NCBI GenBank assembly: GCA_013265495.1
Contig: MU058636.1
Span: 5,367,741 to 5,431,740 of the forward strand
Direction of reading: 5' to 3'
From: Vicugna vicugna
Lineage: Eukaryota
Length of the DNA stretch: 64,000 nucleotides
Shown: in pieces, positions 1 to 11,738 of the stretch
How the letters are laid out: each line of letters begins with the position of its first letter
How positions within the stretch are numbered: position 1 is the first letter of the stretch
The notes under the pieces: generated by a model
Databases searched by the model: none
The model's input: the letters and a program-made list of their open reading frames with translations, nothing else
What the model was told of the DNA's origin: nothing
Made by a program: the position numbers and the translations under genes

Positions 1-534
1 TAAATAAGTGATAGGCCCTAACGATGAGGGCTTGGGGGAAGGGTGTGAGCTCCCTCGGCAAATCAATAAAGGACAGCTGCCACAGTGACCCGAAGGGAAG
101 GGCTAAAAACAGAAAGCCCACGTTTTCTTGGGCTTCTTTAGTTTGTGGAATTTCAGACAGAGTTTAAACTCACACATGCCTGTACTGGAGAAATCAGATG
201 GGGCACCCTTAGCTTTTTAACTGTTCACCACAACTGCATCTAATTGAGATAATTCCTCTACTGAGAATTAGTCCATGTGGAAGCAAGGGTCACACCAGAG
301 ATTTCTGAGAAAGGTTCAAAAATGGAAAGAAAGCAAAAATAGCCTGGGGCGGCAGGGGGATTGGATAATAGGAGGGAGCACTCACTCCCTGGCACTGAGG
401 GGCGTCTGTCCGCTCCTCCCCTGCCTGCCCCACAGACTCGCAGACTCGGGTCCCCGTGGTCAGTCCTGGACCTCTTCTCTCGCACTCTTTACTGTCTCCA
501 GGTGACCTGGCTCACTCTCAGGACCTTTATACCT

Positions 535-775
535 TCAGATGCTGATGACTCTACATCTCTGTCTCCAGATGAGGTCCCCGTCCAGCTCCAGATCCTCACC
601 CCCAACTGCACACTGGACAATTCCACCTGGCACTGGCCCCCTGGTGCCTGAGCCCCTCACATCTTACCCTCCTCAGACTCTGGCCGGACTCCCCTCGCCT
701 CCCCTCCGACTCAAGGAAAGGCGTCACCACCACCCAGCTGCTCAAACCAGCAGGAGTCTGGTCACCCTGAATTTT
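535..775 (+). mobile_element. L2 LINE fragment
   Basis: gatgctgatgactc...ccaactgcacactggacaattccacctgg...cacccagctgctcaaaccag resembles the L2 3' region. Boundaries approximate. Confidence 0.6.
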
Positions 776-779
776 GAAC

Positions 780-915
780 AAACAATAACAATAATAATAA
801 CACCTGTTATTCATAGGTTCTCATCAAAATTAAATGAGATCACTGTCAAGAGCTTAGTACGCTAGTTAACACATGGTAAACACTCATTAAATGGTAACCC
901 TTGTCATCTATTATT
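780..915 (+). mobile_element. MIR SINE, 3' part
   Basis: ataataataacacctgttattcataggtt...ttaaatgagat...acacatggtaaacactcattaaatggta matches the MIR core and tail. Confidence 0.7.
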
Positions 916-1494
916 TATGTGGCAAGGCAAGCCATCTTAAAAAAATTGCTAATGTTTTCCATAATGCAATACAAATATCTAAAAACGTATATAGAGAGAA
1001 GTGAATAACATTCACGCCTTCTCTTACTTCCCACTGTCTTATTTTGTAGTTTCTTGTGTATTCTTCCTGAAGTCATTTTGAGTAGCTGGTTGGAAGAGGT
1101 TACATAAGAGGCCATTTAAAAATATAAAGACGGACGTTTTTCATACAAATTTATATATATGTGAGAAATCCTCTATCTTTGACCCTGATATGTCTGCATG
1201 TGTCTGTACCCCAGGGCTGCCCCCATTCTATACAGGCTACCTTGGGGTGGGGTTGGTGGGCGAGGGTGGGGGTGGGGATGAAGATGCCTTTCCTGCACAT
1301 TAAATTAGTTTAAGAGAAAAGTGAAAGTTCAAAATAACCACATCAAAATCTCATGTGTTCTCGTCTTGGTCATTCTTACTGGCCTTTCAGAGTCATTTTT
1401 CCAGGAAGCTCTCCTGAAGCCCTTTCCCCCTTAGCTGTCCTGCATCTGCACTTTAAGCAATCATACCATTTGGCCAAGTAAATCATAATTTACT

Positions 1495-1680
1495 CATTTC
1501 TCAGCCTAGGCACCATGGGCATTTGGGGCCAGATAATTCCTTGCCATGAGGAGCTACTTTATGCGTCGTGGGAGGTTTAGCAGCCTCTACTCGTTAGATG
1601 CCAGCAGCATCGCCCCAGCTGTGACAAGCAAAAATGCTCCCAGACCTTGAGATGGGGCAGAATGCGAACCGCAGCACTAG
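1495..1680 (-). mobile_element. MER20 (hAT-Charlie) DNA transposon
   Basis: tttctcagcctaggcacc...atttggggccagataattc...tttagcagc...tagatgccagcagca...ccagctgtgacaagcaaaaatgctcccagac is the reverse complement of the MER20 consensus as I recall it. Confidence 0.8.
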
Positions 1681-2069
1681 CCTGAGATCCTGAGGGAGGA
1701 CTCCGCCTTCTCTGTCTCCACAGCACAGAGACGCCCTCGAGGGGCAGCCTGGGTGGCTTGAGCTGAAAGGACAGGTGACAAAGCACCGCTCCCGACAGTA
1801 CATCAGTTCTAATTTCTTCACAAAAGAACAAAGTGTGCTTTAAACCCTTACTTTAATTATTATTATTTTTTTAATGTGGAGGCCTATGAAGGCACCAATG
1901 CAACCGGAATTTCTAACCTTGGGACTTAGAAGTTAAATTCATAAAATCACAAGGCAACACAGACACCTTGGGAAGAACTACCTTTAAAGGAAGACATGAA
2001 AACCCCTCCAAATTGTGTTTCACAAAAAGACCGAAGCTCTCTCTGGAAACTGCAGCAGCAGCCCGTGTG

Positions 2070-2230
2070 GCTCTGAATCCTAGCTTTGTTATTTCTTACC
2101 TCTGTGTCTCCGTTTCCTTGTCTGTAAAGTGGGAAAGATGTTACGGCCTATCTTCTAAGCTTGTTACGAGAATTAAATGAGTATTTATAAAATGCTTAGA
2201 GTAGTGCTTGGTGAGCACTGTGTGTTCTAA
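2070..2230 (+). mobile_element. MIR SINE
   Basis: ctctgtgtctccgtttccttgtctgtaaagtgggaa...gaattaaatgag...aaatgcttagagtagtgcttgg. Confidence 0.7.
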
Positions 2231-4609
2231 AGAAATGGAATCACTGCCTGTTGGAATTTGTATTTATTTATAGACTCAGAATTTCTAAGGTGGAAGCAAC
2301 CGTGATTATCATGCAAACCCTTATATCTTTCTCCCAATGACTGTCCACAGTCTCAGCCCAGTCAATTGTCACATATTATTATATAACATAATACAATGTA
2401 TAATATTGAATATTTTCTGTGATATTGTTAGAGGGAAAATAAAGTACATTATCAATTTTCATAGACTACCATCATTTAATATTATTACTGTTATTTAACA
2501 TACTCAAATCAAATCTGTGTCTTTGTGTGTAGAGGTAAATTGTAAAAATCATTTCATCAGCACTCTCTCTTCCCCTCTTCCCCACCCCACCCAGTAATCA
2601 TTGTCATTAGTTATCCTTTTAAATAAAAAGGGCAGTGACAGATGAACTATAATCAAAATCAATTCTATATCCCCATGAAACAGTACTTAACAAGGTGAAT
2701 GCCCTTGCTTTATACGTGTTGCAGTTAATCAGTACATACTAGCGACATAAGTTAGGCAGGTCTAACATTAAATTAGAAATTCAGAGATCATTTCGGGCCT
2801 CGGGGCCCTATGTTAGCAGTCTGAGCAAACATCTCAAACCAAAATGCTAGTCGATGTTACCTCTTAAGAATCTCATTCGAGAGCTTTGATTTACTGCAAT
2901 TTGCCTTACAGGTGACAGGCTTTGCAAGGTATTGTGACACCGTGGCTAGACCTACATTCTGGTGTAGTCACAGTTTCAGTTAGTTCGTCCAGGTACTTAG
3001 GTTTGCCATTAGCTTCTCATTACTCACAGAGGAAGATATTTTTCAATCAATAATTGAATCAAAAACATCAACCCAGAATTATAACTGTGGTTACTAAAAC
3101 AGGGACTGCGCTGTTCTGACTTGCAGAAACAGATATTTACAGATGCCCACTGCTCGTGGGCGCGGCCAGAGTTGCAGAAGAAACAGAGGCGTGGTCACCA
3201 TTCGGAGGTTTATGCCTTCACCAAAGGCAGCAAAGCTGTCCGATTTCCAAGACCTGAAAGTGAGAACTACACATCCTTATATTCCCAGCCAGATGTGGGT
3301 CCTCTCTGCCACCTTAATACAATCTATTTCTCCAGGCCAATAAAAAGTTGACATTATTCAATAACTCCTTAAGCGTAAATTGGGACCAAGGACATGAATT
3401 GTCTGTCTACACAGCAGAAAAACCAAAAGTGAGTAAAATTCTTGTGGGCAACATTTGCAGGACACCTTCAGCTCTCTTGTCTTCATTTGTCCACCTGGCA
3501 GAAGCCACCTGCCCTCTGGCTCTATATGGTTCCCTTTAGGATCCTGCATTAGTTTTGCATTTCAATATGCATGGGAAATGTAGAGCCCACAAAGCTTTAA
3601 AAATAAAACACGAGACCCAGCTCTGTCACGGTGTCTGCAGTGCACGAGGAAGAAAAAGAATAAGTCTTCACAACTGCTTACTGCTCTCCAGGCATCAATC
3701 ATCACATGCCATGTGAGTGGGTGAGGGTCTAATTAACCACTCATCAATGTCAAAGTTTGAAAAGTGCTGTCATTCTCCTCAGGCTAGAGGTCTTCCTTCT
3801 GCCTGCTTTTGGGAAATCTGCATCTTCAGGGAACTCGTAGGGAAGGCAAAGAAACCCCGTGCAGGTTCCCTTCAGCCCAGCCGCCTCCATCTCTGCCTGT
3901 CTGGCCTGCCTGCTTCCTCTGATCCACCCGCTGGGACTAGTCTTTTGGCTTCTGTTCTACCCACTGCTCCTCCAGCTGGAGAATCTCAGCTTGCACACCT
4001 CCAGCCAAATGCTTTTCTTATTTCATATTTCTGGAGACATAGCCATCCTAAGAATTATTCCAGTTATAACAACCTCCTGCCACTCTAACCATTTTTACGC
4101 AAGTTGGGCCTTTGTCAGGAGCACTGCGGTGTCTGGTGGTGGTGTGTTCCCACGTGCTTCTGCGGTAAGGCCTTTCGAGGTATGTCTGTACCGACCCTGC
4201 TAGGGGCTGTCGGAGATGGGTCATGGGCTTCACAAGAGAAGTCTTCCTGATTTTTCTGGCTAACACTAGTAGCATCATTTAGAATCTTATATCTCAAAAC
4301 GATTTCTGTGCTGGCTCGTCTCTGTAACATGTCTGAAAGGCTATTTTAAAAAAGTAGACCCTGATGGAAAAGTCCAAAACTTAGTCGAGGCACCTCAGAT
4401 CTCACAGGCAGCAGTGAGTAGCTAAGGATTTACCACCCACACGTTTGAGAGTCAAAGCTTGGCCCACTCAGCTACATATTCATCCAATGCACCGAACTGC
4501 AGAGAGACAATGTTTGCTCTTGCAACCCTGATTTAAAAATATGTAATGGAATTTTATTTTTGGTTTATAATGTAATCCTTGATATATACTTTAAAATAAA
4601 ATTTTAAGA

Positions 4610-6450
4610 ATCTGTGAGTGAGCTACTAGAACAAATGAGTGAGTTTAGAAAGATTGCAGAATGCAAATGAACAATGTTCAAAAAATTATACGCTAACAAT
4701 GAACAAATGGAAATTGAAACAATAAAAAACAGTACTACTTACAACAGCACCTCAAAACATGAAATTCTTAATTATTTTCAAGATGTGTATTATCCACATG
4801 CTGAAAACTGCAAGTCAGGGTTAAAAAAAATCAAAAGAGACCTAAATAAAAAGAGACAGGTACCATCTTTATGAATCAGAAGACTCAAAACTGTTAAGAT
4901 ATCAGTTCTTCCCAAACTGATCTATAGAGTCAACATAAGACAAATCAATACTCCCAGAGGATTTTTAAAACAGATGTTGACAAGTTGTTTCTAAATTTAT
5001 ACGAAAAAGCAGAGGAACTAGACTAGCCAAAACAATCCTGGCAAAAAGGAACAAAGCTGGAGGACTCAGCTATTGGATTCCAAGGCATCCACAAAGCTAA
5101 GTAATCAAGCACCATATTGATTAAAGAATAGATACATGGATAAATGGAACAGAATAGAGACTCTAGAAATAGACTCATGCGTTATGTGGTCAGTTGATTT
5201 ACAATATAAGTGCAAAGGCAACTCAATGAAGAAAGTATTATTTTCAGTATGAGGCTCAACCAATGGGATATTGATATGCAAAAAAATGAATCTTGACCCA
5301 TACTTTGTACCTTCTAAAAAATTAACTTGAAATAGATCATCAAGCTACATGTAAAACATAAAACTAAAACTTCTAGAAGAAAAACAAAGAAGAAAATAGT
5401 TGTGACCTTATGTTAGGCAAGTTTTCTTGGGTATGACATTAAAAACATGAACGAATTGATAAATTGGACTTCAATAAAATGAAAAACTTTTGTTGTGTGA
5501 AAGACACTGTTAAGAGGTTGAGAAAACAGTCTGGCAGAAAATATTTACAAAACACATATCTAACAAAGAATTTACATCTAGAACATATAAAGAACTCTCA
5601 AAACTCAATAAGAAAACAAACAATTAAGTTTTTAAAATAGGCAAAAGGCTTGAACAGACACTCTACTGAAGAAGATAAATGAATGGCAAATAAGCACCGG
5701 AAAAGACATTCAACATCATTACTCATTAAGGACATGCAAATTTAAATCACAATGCGGTAACACTAGACACCTGTTAGAATGGTTAAAAACTAAACAAAAC
5801 AAAACTGACAATAACAAGTACTGACAAAGATGTGGAGCAGCTGTACTCTCATACACTGTTGGTGGGAACACAAAATGGTATGGCCACTTTGGAAAAGTTT
5901 GGTAGTTCTTTATAAAGTTACAATATGCTTGTCATATGCACCCCACAATGCCTAGGAATTTACTCAAAAGAAATGAAAACTTATGCTCACACAAAAGCTT
6001 GAATATGAATATTTATAGTGGCTTTATAGCTACCCAAAGTGGTGACAACTCAAATGTCCTTCAGTCAGTGAGGATAGACAAACTGTAGTATATCCACACA
6101 ATGAAACACTGTTCATCAATCATATTGATTAATACACACAACATGGATGAGTCTTAGGTGCATAAGTGAAATGAAGCCAGACTCCAAAGGCTGCATACTG
6201 TTCAAATTCACTCATATAGCATTCTGGGAAAGGCAAAACTACAGGTACAAAACCCAGATCAGTGGCTGCCAGGGGTTGGAAGTAAGGGTAGAGGTTGATG
6301 ACAAAGGTGAACAGGAGGGTTTTTTTTTAGGTGAGGGAGCAGTTCTACATCTTGGTTGTGGTGGTGGTTACAATTATTGGAGGCATTTGTCAAAACTCAA
6401 AGAACTGTACACTGAAAATAGTGAATTTTACTTTAAATACACAGGACACC
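4610..6450 (+). mobile_element. Old 5'-truncated L1 (L1MB/L1ME-like): degraded ORF2 C-terminal half plus 3' UTR
   Basis: ORF2 remnants (gaaaactgcaag..., aagctggaggactca, aaatggaacagaatagaga, ggtgggaaacacaaaatggtatggccactttggaaaag). 3' UTR motifs (tctgggaaaggcaaaactacagg, agatcagtggctgccagggg, atttgtcaaaactcaaagaactgtacac). Many stops and frameshifts. Confidence 0.9.
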
Positions 6451-6490
6451 TCGATTTAAAGAAAATATAGATTTAAAAATTCAATTGGGA

Positions 6491-7269
6491 TGATTTCACT
6501 TATATGTGGAATCTAAAAAACAAAACAAATAAACGAACATATCTAAATAGAAACAGAGTCATAGACACAAAAAACCAACAGGTGGTTTCCAGAGAGGAGG
6601 GGTTGGGGGGAGGAGAGAAATAGGTGAGGGAGATGAAGAGCTACAAAATAAGTGAGTCACAGGCATGAGCTGTACTGTATGGTGAACATAGTAAATAATT
6701 ATGTAATATCTTTGTACGGTGATAGATGGCAATTAGGCTTATTATTATTACGGTGATCATTTTTAAATGCATAGAAACATAGAATCACTATGTTGTACAC
6801 CAGGAACTAACATGGTGTTGAGGTCAATTATACTTTGAAAGAAACGAACTTACAGAAAAAGAGATCAGCTTTGTGGCGACTAGTGGTGAGGGGAGGGGGA
6901 GCTAGAAGAAGGTGGTCAAAAGGCACAAACTCCCAGTTATAAGTACTGGAGATGTCATGTACGATATGATAAAGATAATTAACACTGCTGTATGTCGTAT
7001 ATGAAAGTTGTGAAGAGAGTTTATCCTAAGAGTTCGCATCACAAGGGAAAAACTTTGTTTTCCTATTTCTTTAAGGCTCTATATACATGAGATGATGAAC
7101 GTTCACTAAACCAGTCGTGGTAAACACTTCACGATTACCTAAGTCAAATCATCAGGCTTACACCTTAAATGTATTCAGTGCTGAATCTCAATTATATCTC
7201 ATTAAAACTGGGGAGAAAACAACAAAAGGCATAATTAGATAATTAAATAAAGACACATGAGTATGCAAG
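6491..7269 (+). mobile_element. Second, younger L1 3' UTR (L1MA9-like laurasiatherian lineage, two-module 3' UTR) inserted at the tail of the older L1
   Basis: gatttcacttatatgtggaatctaaaaaacaaaac...tcactatgttgtacaccaggaactaac...gtcaattatactt, then a second module ending caattatatctcattaaaactgggg. Candidate TSD aaaattcaattggga (6476-6490) / aaaattaaactggga (7270-7284). Confidence 0.85.
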
Positions 7270-8339
7270 AAAATTAAACTGGGAAAAATATAATGTAATA
7301 TAATACAATTAAAAATAAAAAAGTATTTCTTTTAAAAAATGGCAACTTACTAGTAAAAATACTATTGGTTAAAACTAAGAGGGAAAACTCAGAATGAGGT
7401 GCTGGTTGAATAGCTCTGACACGCTGGGGTTTGCATCAGACACGCTGAGGAGAAAACACTGCTTTTCCAATTCACTGCCTTCAAAGAATCACAACTAAAC
7501 CATCCATTCCTCTCATAAATGCTCACAAATGCCATTTTGTGCTTGTTTGAGTCCAAATAGCTGGTCCCTGCAATTTGTGATTTGAAGAGTTCTCTGCTCT
7601 TCTACTGCTTACGCAAACGCACAGTACTGTTTTCCTGGAACTTCCAGAGATCATTTCTTAATGCAAATCTATTTTCTCTTCATGCAGGAACCACAGAGTG
7701 ACCAGCTTGTGAACACAAAAATATAAATGTCTAAAGATTCAGTAAGCCTAAGATTATTTGCACACAATTTTAACATACATTGGTCTCTTCCATCTTGAGA
7801 AAAGTTTTCCTCAATATTACTTTTCCTCTTAAACCACCATCTTTTCTATGTCAAATGCAGAATGTCCAAGAAAGAACGCTGGACTGCAAGTTATGAGGAC
7901 TGTATTTTAAGGTCAGTTTGGCCCATGGAAAAATGACTCACCTCCTGTAACTAATATTTATCTCCAGCTCTGACCTCTCTCCAGGGCTTTAGTTAGGAGA
8001 AACTTCAAATTCCTACAGATATGTACAATCTCCTGTGCACATTTAATTGTTCAGGAATATCGATTACATCGGCATCTTTTATTATTACTCAAGTTATAAT
8101 TGTTTTATTTGTTCATGTATGCTGCATTTCTTCAGTTAGATTTCTCCAACCAGATTATACCATTCTTTGAGGGGAGAGAATTATTCACATATATCTCTTT
8201 GTCTCCCTATAGCATCTATCACATAGAGAAGGCTTAAATATTCCAGGTTGCCAATACCATTACGTGAGCCCATATGTTCCAGTTTGCTGATATAATCATC
8301 TGTCTTTGCAAGAAATACAGCTGAGTTTGACACACTCAC

Positions 8340-8650
8340 GGAGTTCTTCACAGCCTTCCCTGACCACTCACGCAGGGTCCCCATGCTGCCTCCTCCTGCT
8401 AACCCCCCCCAACTGCCATAGCCTCATCTTGTTTTACATTTTTAAAAATAGCACTTAACACTGAGATAATCTTGCCTTCTCTCTCTCACTCTCTCTTTCC
8501 TTTTCCTTCTCTCTTTCTATTGTCAGAAGCTTCCACAAATCTACTAGGATTTAAGCTCCACAAAACCGGTGCTCACTGTGGGATACTTAGAGCCTGGCCC
8601 GTGCCTGGCACACAGTAGGTGCTCAGTGAGTAAGCACTGAGCTGTTGACC
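8340..8650 (+). mobile_element. L2 LINE 3' end
   Basis: gccttccctgaccac...taagctccac...gtgcctggcacacagtaggtgctcagtgagtaag is the typical L2 3' terminus. Confidence 0.7.
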
Positions 8651-8723
8651 TCGCCTCTCAATAGAGTCATACCTGTAAGACATCGAACAACTGAAAGAAG
8701 CAAAAATACTTCAGATGATTCAC

Positions 8724-8805
8724 CTGTAAAGGGGTTCTACAAGGTCCTTTTCAAGAAAATCATGATCGTTCTTGACAGCCACAATGTTGATGGGAAATTG
8801 TGAAT
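8724..8805 (-). CDS. STARD13: STARD13 SAM-domain exon, 82 nt, phase 1-2: (D)SQFPINIVAVKNDHDFLEKDLVEPLY(R)
   Basis: Long polypyrimidine tract ctctctttctctctttcag|ATTCACAA and donor TACAG|gtgaat. In frame with the preceding exon (G|AT = Asp). Not present in the ORF track because it is too short. Confidence 0.96.
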
Positions 8806-8908
8806 CTGAAAGAGAGAAAGAGAGACGAAGGAGTTTACGGGCCTTATTTTATCTGAATGGGCACCAGGAACTTCAGGCCACTGCGTTTCTGCACTTATGA
8901 CTGATTTT

Positions 8909-9042
8909 ATTTTATTTTATTTTATTTTTTGGTGGGGGGAGGTAATTAGGTTTATTTAATTTCGAAGGCGGTACTGGGGATTGAACCCAGGGCCTTGTGT
9001 ATGCTAAGCATGTGCCCTACCACTTGAGCTGTACCCTCCCCC
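8909..9042 (-). mobile_element. Camelid tRNA-derived SINE (Vic-1-like) with an (AAAAT)n tail
   Basis: Minus strand reads GGGGGAGGGTACAGCTCAAGTGGTAGGGCACATGCTTAGCATACACAAGGCCCTGGGTTCAATCCCCAGTACC, with Pol III A and B boxes, then AAATAAACCTAATTACCTCCCCCC and an A-rich tail. TSD core GACTGATTTT at 8899-8908 and 9051-9060, the latter followed by AA (L1 endonuclease TTTT/AA site). Confidence 0.9.
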
Positions 9043-9819
9043 TTACATAAGACTGATTTTAAGAGGTTACTCTCCATTGATGGGTGTGTTAGTCATATTT
9101 AGATAGCAGACAGTTTTATTTTTATCCCCAAAAAAGGCTTTTAAGGGTATGAAAGAAGTGTGAAATATGAAAATAACCAAGAGCTTGACCTTGGATAAGA
9201 CTGAATGCTAAGTGCCTGCATTTTGATAGCTCATCACTGTCACAGACATTTCCTGAATGAAGAGCCTTTAAACTCCCACTGTCCACCTACAGTGTAGGTT
9301 GCTGACTTCAATACTTGGTTTGGCAGATTCTTTTTTTTTCCCTCAGAAAAAAATTTCCAGAAATACCCAAAGTTCAGTGGCCTCAGGTATTTCATTTTGT
9401 AGCAAAGTCCTGAAGTCGTTTTGAGTATCAGCAAAATACTCAATTGATTCTATCCGAAAAAGGGGAGAACTTCCAACACCATGCCTTTTCTCCCACAGAC
9501 TGCTCAGGCCAGCCTCGGAGGTCATGGGCACGCGTCCCAGTGTTAATTTTTGGTACCTCATTTGTGGAGGTAAAACTCGAGATCATTGGAACAGAGGCCA
9601 CGGTCAAATCCAACCGACAGTGCTGGTCTCATCATTATTCTGCCGTTTTCTCTCTTTCTCATCTTTTATTTGGCACTTGCTAATCATAATAAATCTAAGG
9701 GTATCGGATTTCTTATTGTGAGTTGGAAAGAAACAATTCCTCTTATGGTGAAAAAAAGTAGTGTGAGTGAATTCCAGATGGTGCCAGAATGAGGACTGTC
9801 TCGCTCTGCTAGAGAGGGA

Positions 9820-10065
9820 GCTGTGTGCAGTCGTGAGCAACACAGACACGGAAGCCCAGCTGCTCTGGCTTTCTGTCCTGGCTCTGCTACTCACTATCTG
9901 TAGGCTGTGGACCTCTGTTTCCTCATCTGTAAAGTGGGGATGAAGGTAATTATAATACCTACCCTAAGGTGCTGTGAATATTGAGTGAACAGTATATATA
10001 CAGTACTTTGAACATTACCTGGCACATAGTGAGCTCTATAGAACTATTTGCTCTCATTACATTTA
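9820..10065 (+). mobile_element. MIR SINE, near full length
   Basis: cctggctctgctactcacta...tttcctcatctgtaaagtgggga...aatacctacc...cctggcacatagtgagctct. Confidence 0.8.
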
Positions 10066-10626
10066 TTAAATACACACGGCTGAAACACAATCCGACAGGC
10101 CCATTTTGCTTATGAGGAATCTACCTCTTAGTCATTTATGGACTCCACACTTCAATTGAATAGTATTTTGTGTTTACAAAGAAAGTGCATATTAAGGTAG
10201 AAAATCTATTACATGAAGGCGCAAGAAATTGAAATTAAATTCTGAGTCTTCCATCTTATGATCCTGGAAAAGTCACTTAACCTTTTTGGGCCTCTCTCTC
10301 ATAATCAGTGAATTGGTGGTGGGGGTGGGAATAAGGGTTGTTTAAATCCAAGCTATAAGACTGTCCTCCTTGTCTAAAAGGCTATGAGTCTATGAAAGGG
10401 TTTATCAGAAATTTCAGGCTTCAAAGCATATTGCAAGATAAGCTCTCCTCTATTCCCACAGAATTTAAGTGAGAGAATAGAAGGGTTTTTGTTTGTTTGC
10501 TTGTTTTTAAAATATAAAACGGAGCTTCTGGGTGAGTGGAGGAGATTCACCAGTGAGTAAAGGTTAATTGTGCTGATTCTCTTCATCTTACACAAACTTT
10601 ATGCCACCAGGAAGAGAAGTCTACAC

Positions 10627-11109
10627 TGTCTAGGGTACCAGATACCCTCTGTTTGGCCCTACAGACCCACTCTCCACTTTTCTGTATCCTGCTTTGTGCC
10701 CCAGGATCACTTTTGTGGACGGCATTCAAGGGGACGCACCCATGTCCTCTGCTTTCTTTTGTATTTGGCCAGTGGGGAGCCCTGGCTGGAGACAGAGGGA
10801 GGAAGGAGTGTAAGGTCAGGGAATTTACCCTCCTGAGAGGCTGCCCATCACCAGCTGTGTCCTCTACTCCTAGGATCTGCTGTGAGCTCTCTCTCCTTTC
10901 GGGTTCTGGCATCTTCTCCCTCCTTTTATGGCTTTGGGCCTAGGGTGGTGGCAGCTCTGCTGCTACAAGCTCTGGGCTCCTGTACTGTTTGTTCCTCGTG
11001 GTTTCCTACGCCCTGCCCACATCTTTGTAATGAACACCTTTAAAAATAAATCCTCCTCGGGTTGTTCTGAGTGTGCCATCTGCTTACTGTTGGGATCCTG
11101 ACTAATTCA
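10627..11109 (+). mobile_element. Solo ERVL LTR (LTR33-like)
   Basis: TG...CA termini, AATAAA near 11045, and a 3' end gagtgtgccatctgcttactgttgggatcctgactaattca typical of LTR33. Flanked by ctacac / ctacat. Confidence 0.75.
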
Positions 11110-11738
11110 CTACATATTAGGACTATCCAAGAGTGGATGCTTTGGTTATCATTTTAGGTATTAAGTAAAATATAGGTGAGTAAGTTCATTAACTGTCAAA
11201 TAAAACATCAGCGAAAAGAAGTGTGATGCTGGCAATGAAAGCACTCAAAGCCCTGAAAAGTAACATCTGATCTATGTCACATCTTAAACATTTTCATGTG
11301 AAGTAAACAGAACTAAAGAAAAGTCTCAAGGCAATTTGTTTTGTGATTTCTAGGAAATTTATCAGCAATTAGTTTGCTGTATCTTTCAGAAAACTGAGAG
11401 CAGTGAAGAAAAGACAAGAAAAGGAATAAGGAAGGAAGTGCAGAAAAGCGGCTGATGGCACAACACTGGGAGGAACCGGGAGTTGGGGTCAGCGGTAAAG
11501 AGATCGAAGCAGGAAGTGCAGAGCAAAAAGGAGAGAAGGGAGGAAAGGAAGCAGACTTGGGACGCAATCCTCCTTTCTTTCTAAACTGGCATCAGTAGAA
11601 GCCCTGGGCATTGCAAAGGTGGAAGGAGAGAGAAAGCCAAGAAATAATGGTTGAGGAAAGACGTGGAAGTCAAAACACAGCACAAGATATATTTTGAGTT
11701 TATTCTCTTTGTGAAGAGTGAAGAGAAGCCCCACCTAC

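Noticed and set aside
4674..6470. ORFs 4674-4874 and 6147-6470 as genes
   Set aside because: They are a degraded L1 ORF2 remnant and a read-through of an L1 3' UTR.
1..8700. Next STARD13 exon (RLNTLNKCASMKLDVNFQRKK, recalled)
   Set aside because: Not found by eye in this interval; it probably lies beyond position 1.
8960..9042. tRNA-Ala-like gene
   Set aside because: It has a SINE body, an (AAAAT)n tail and a TSD, so it is a tRNA-derived SINE, not a tRNA gene.
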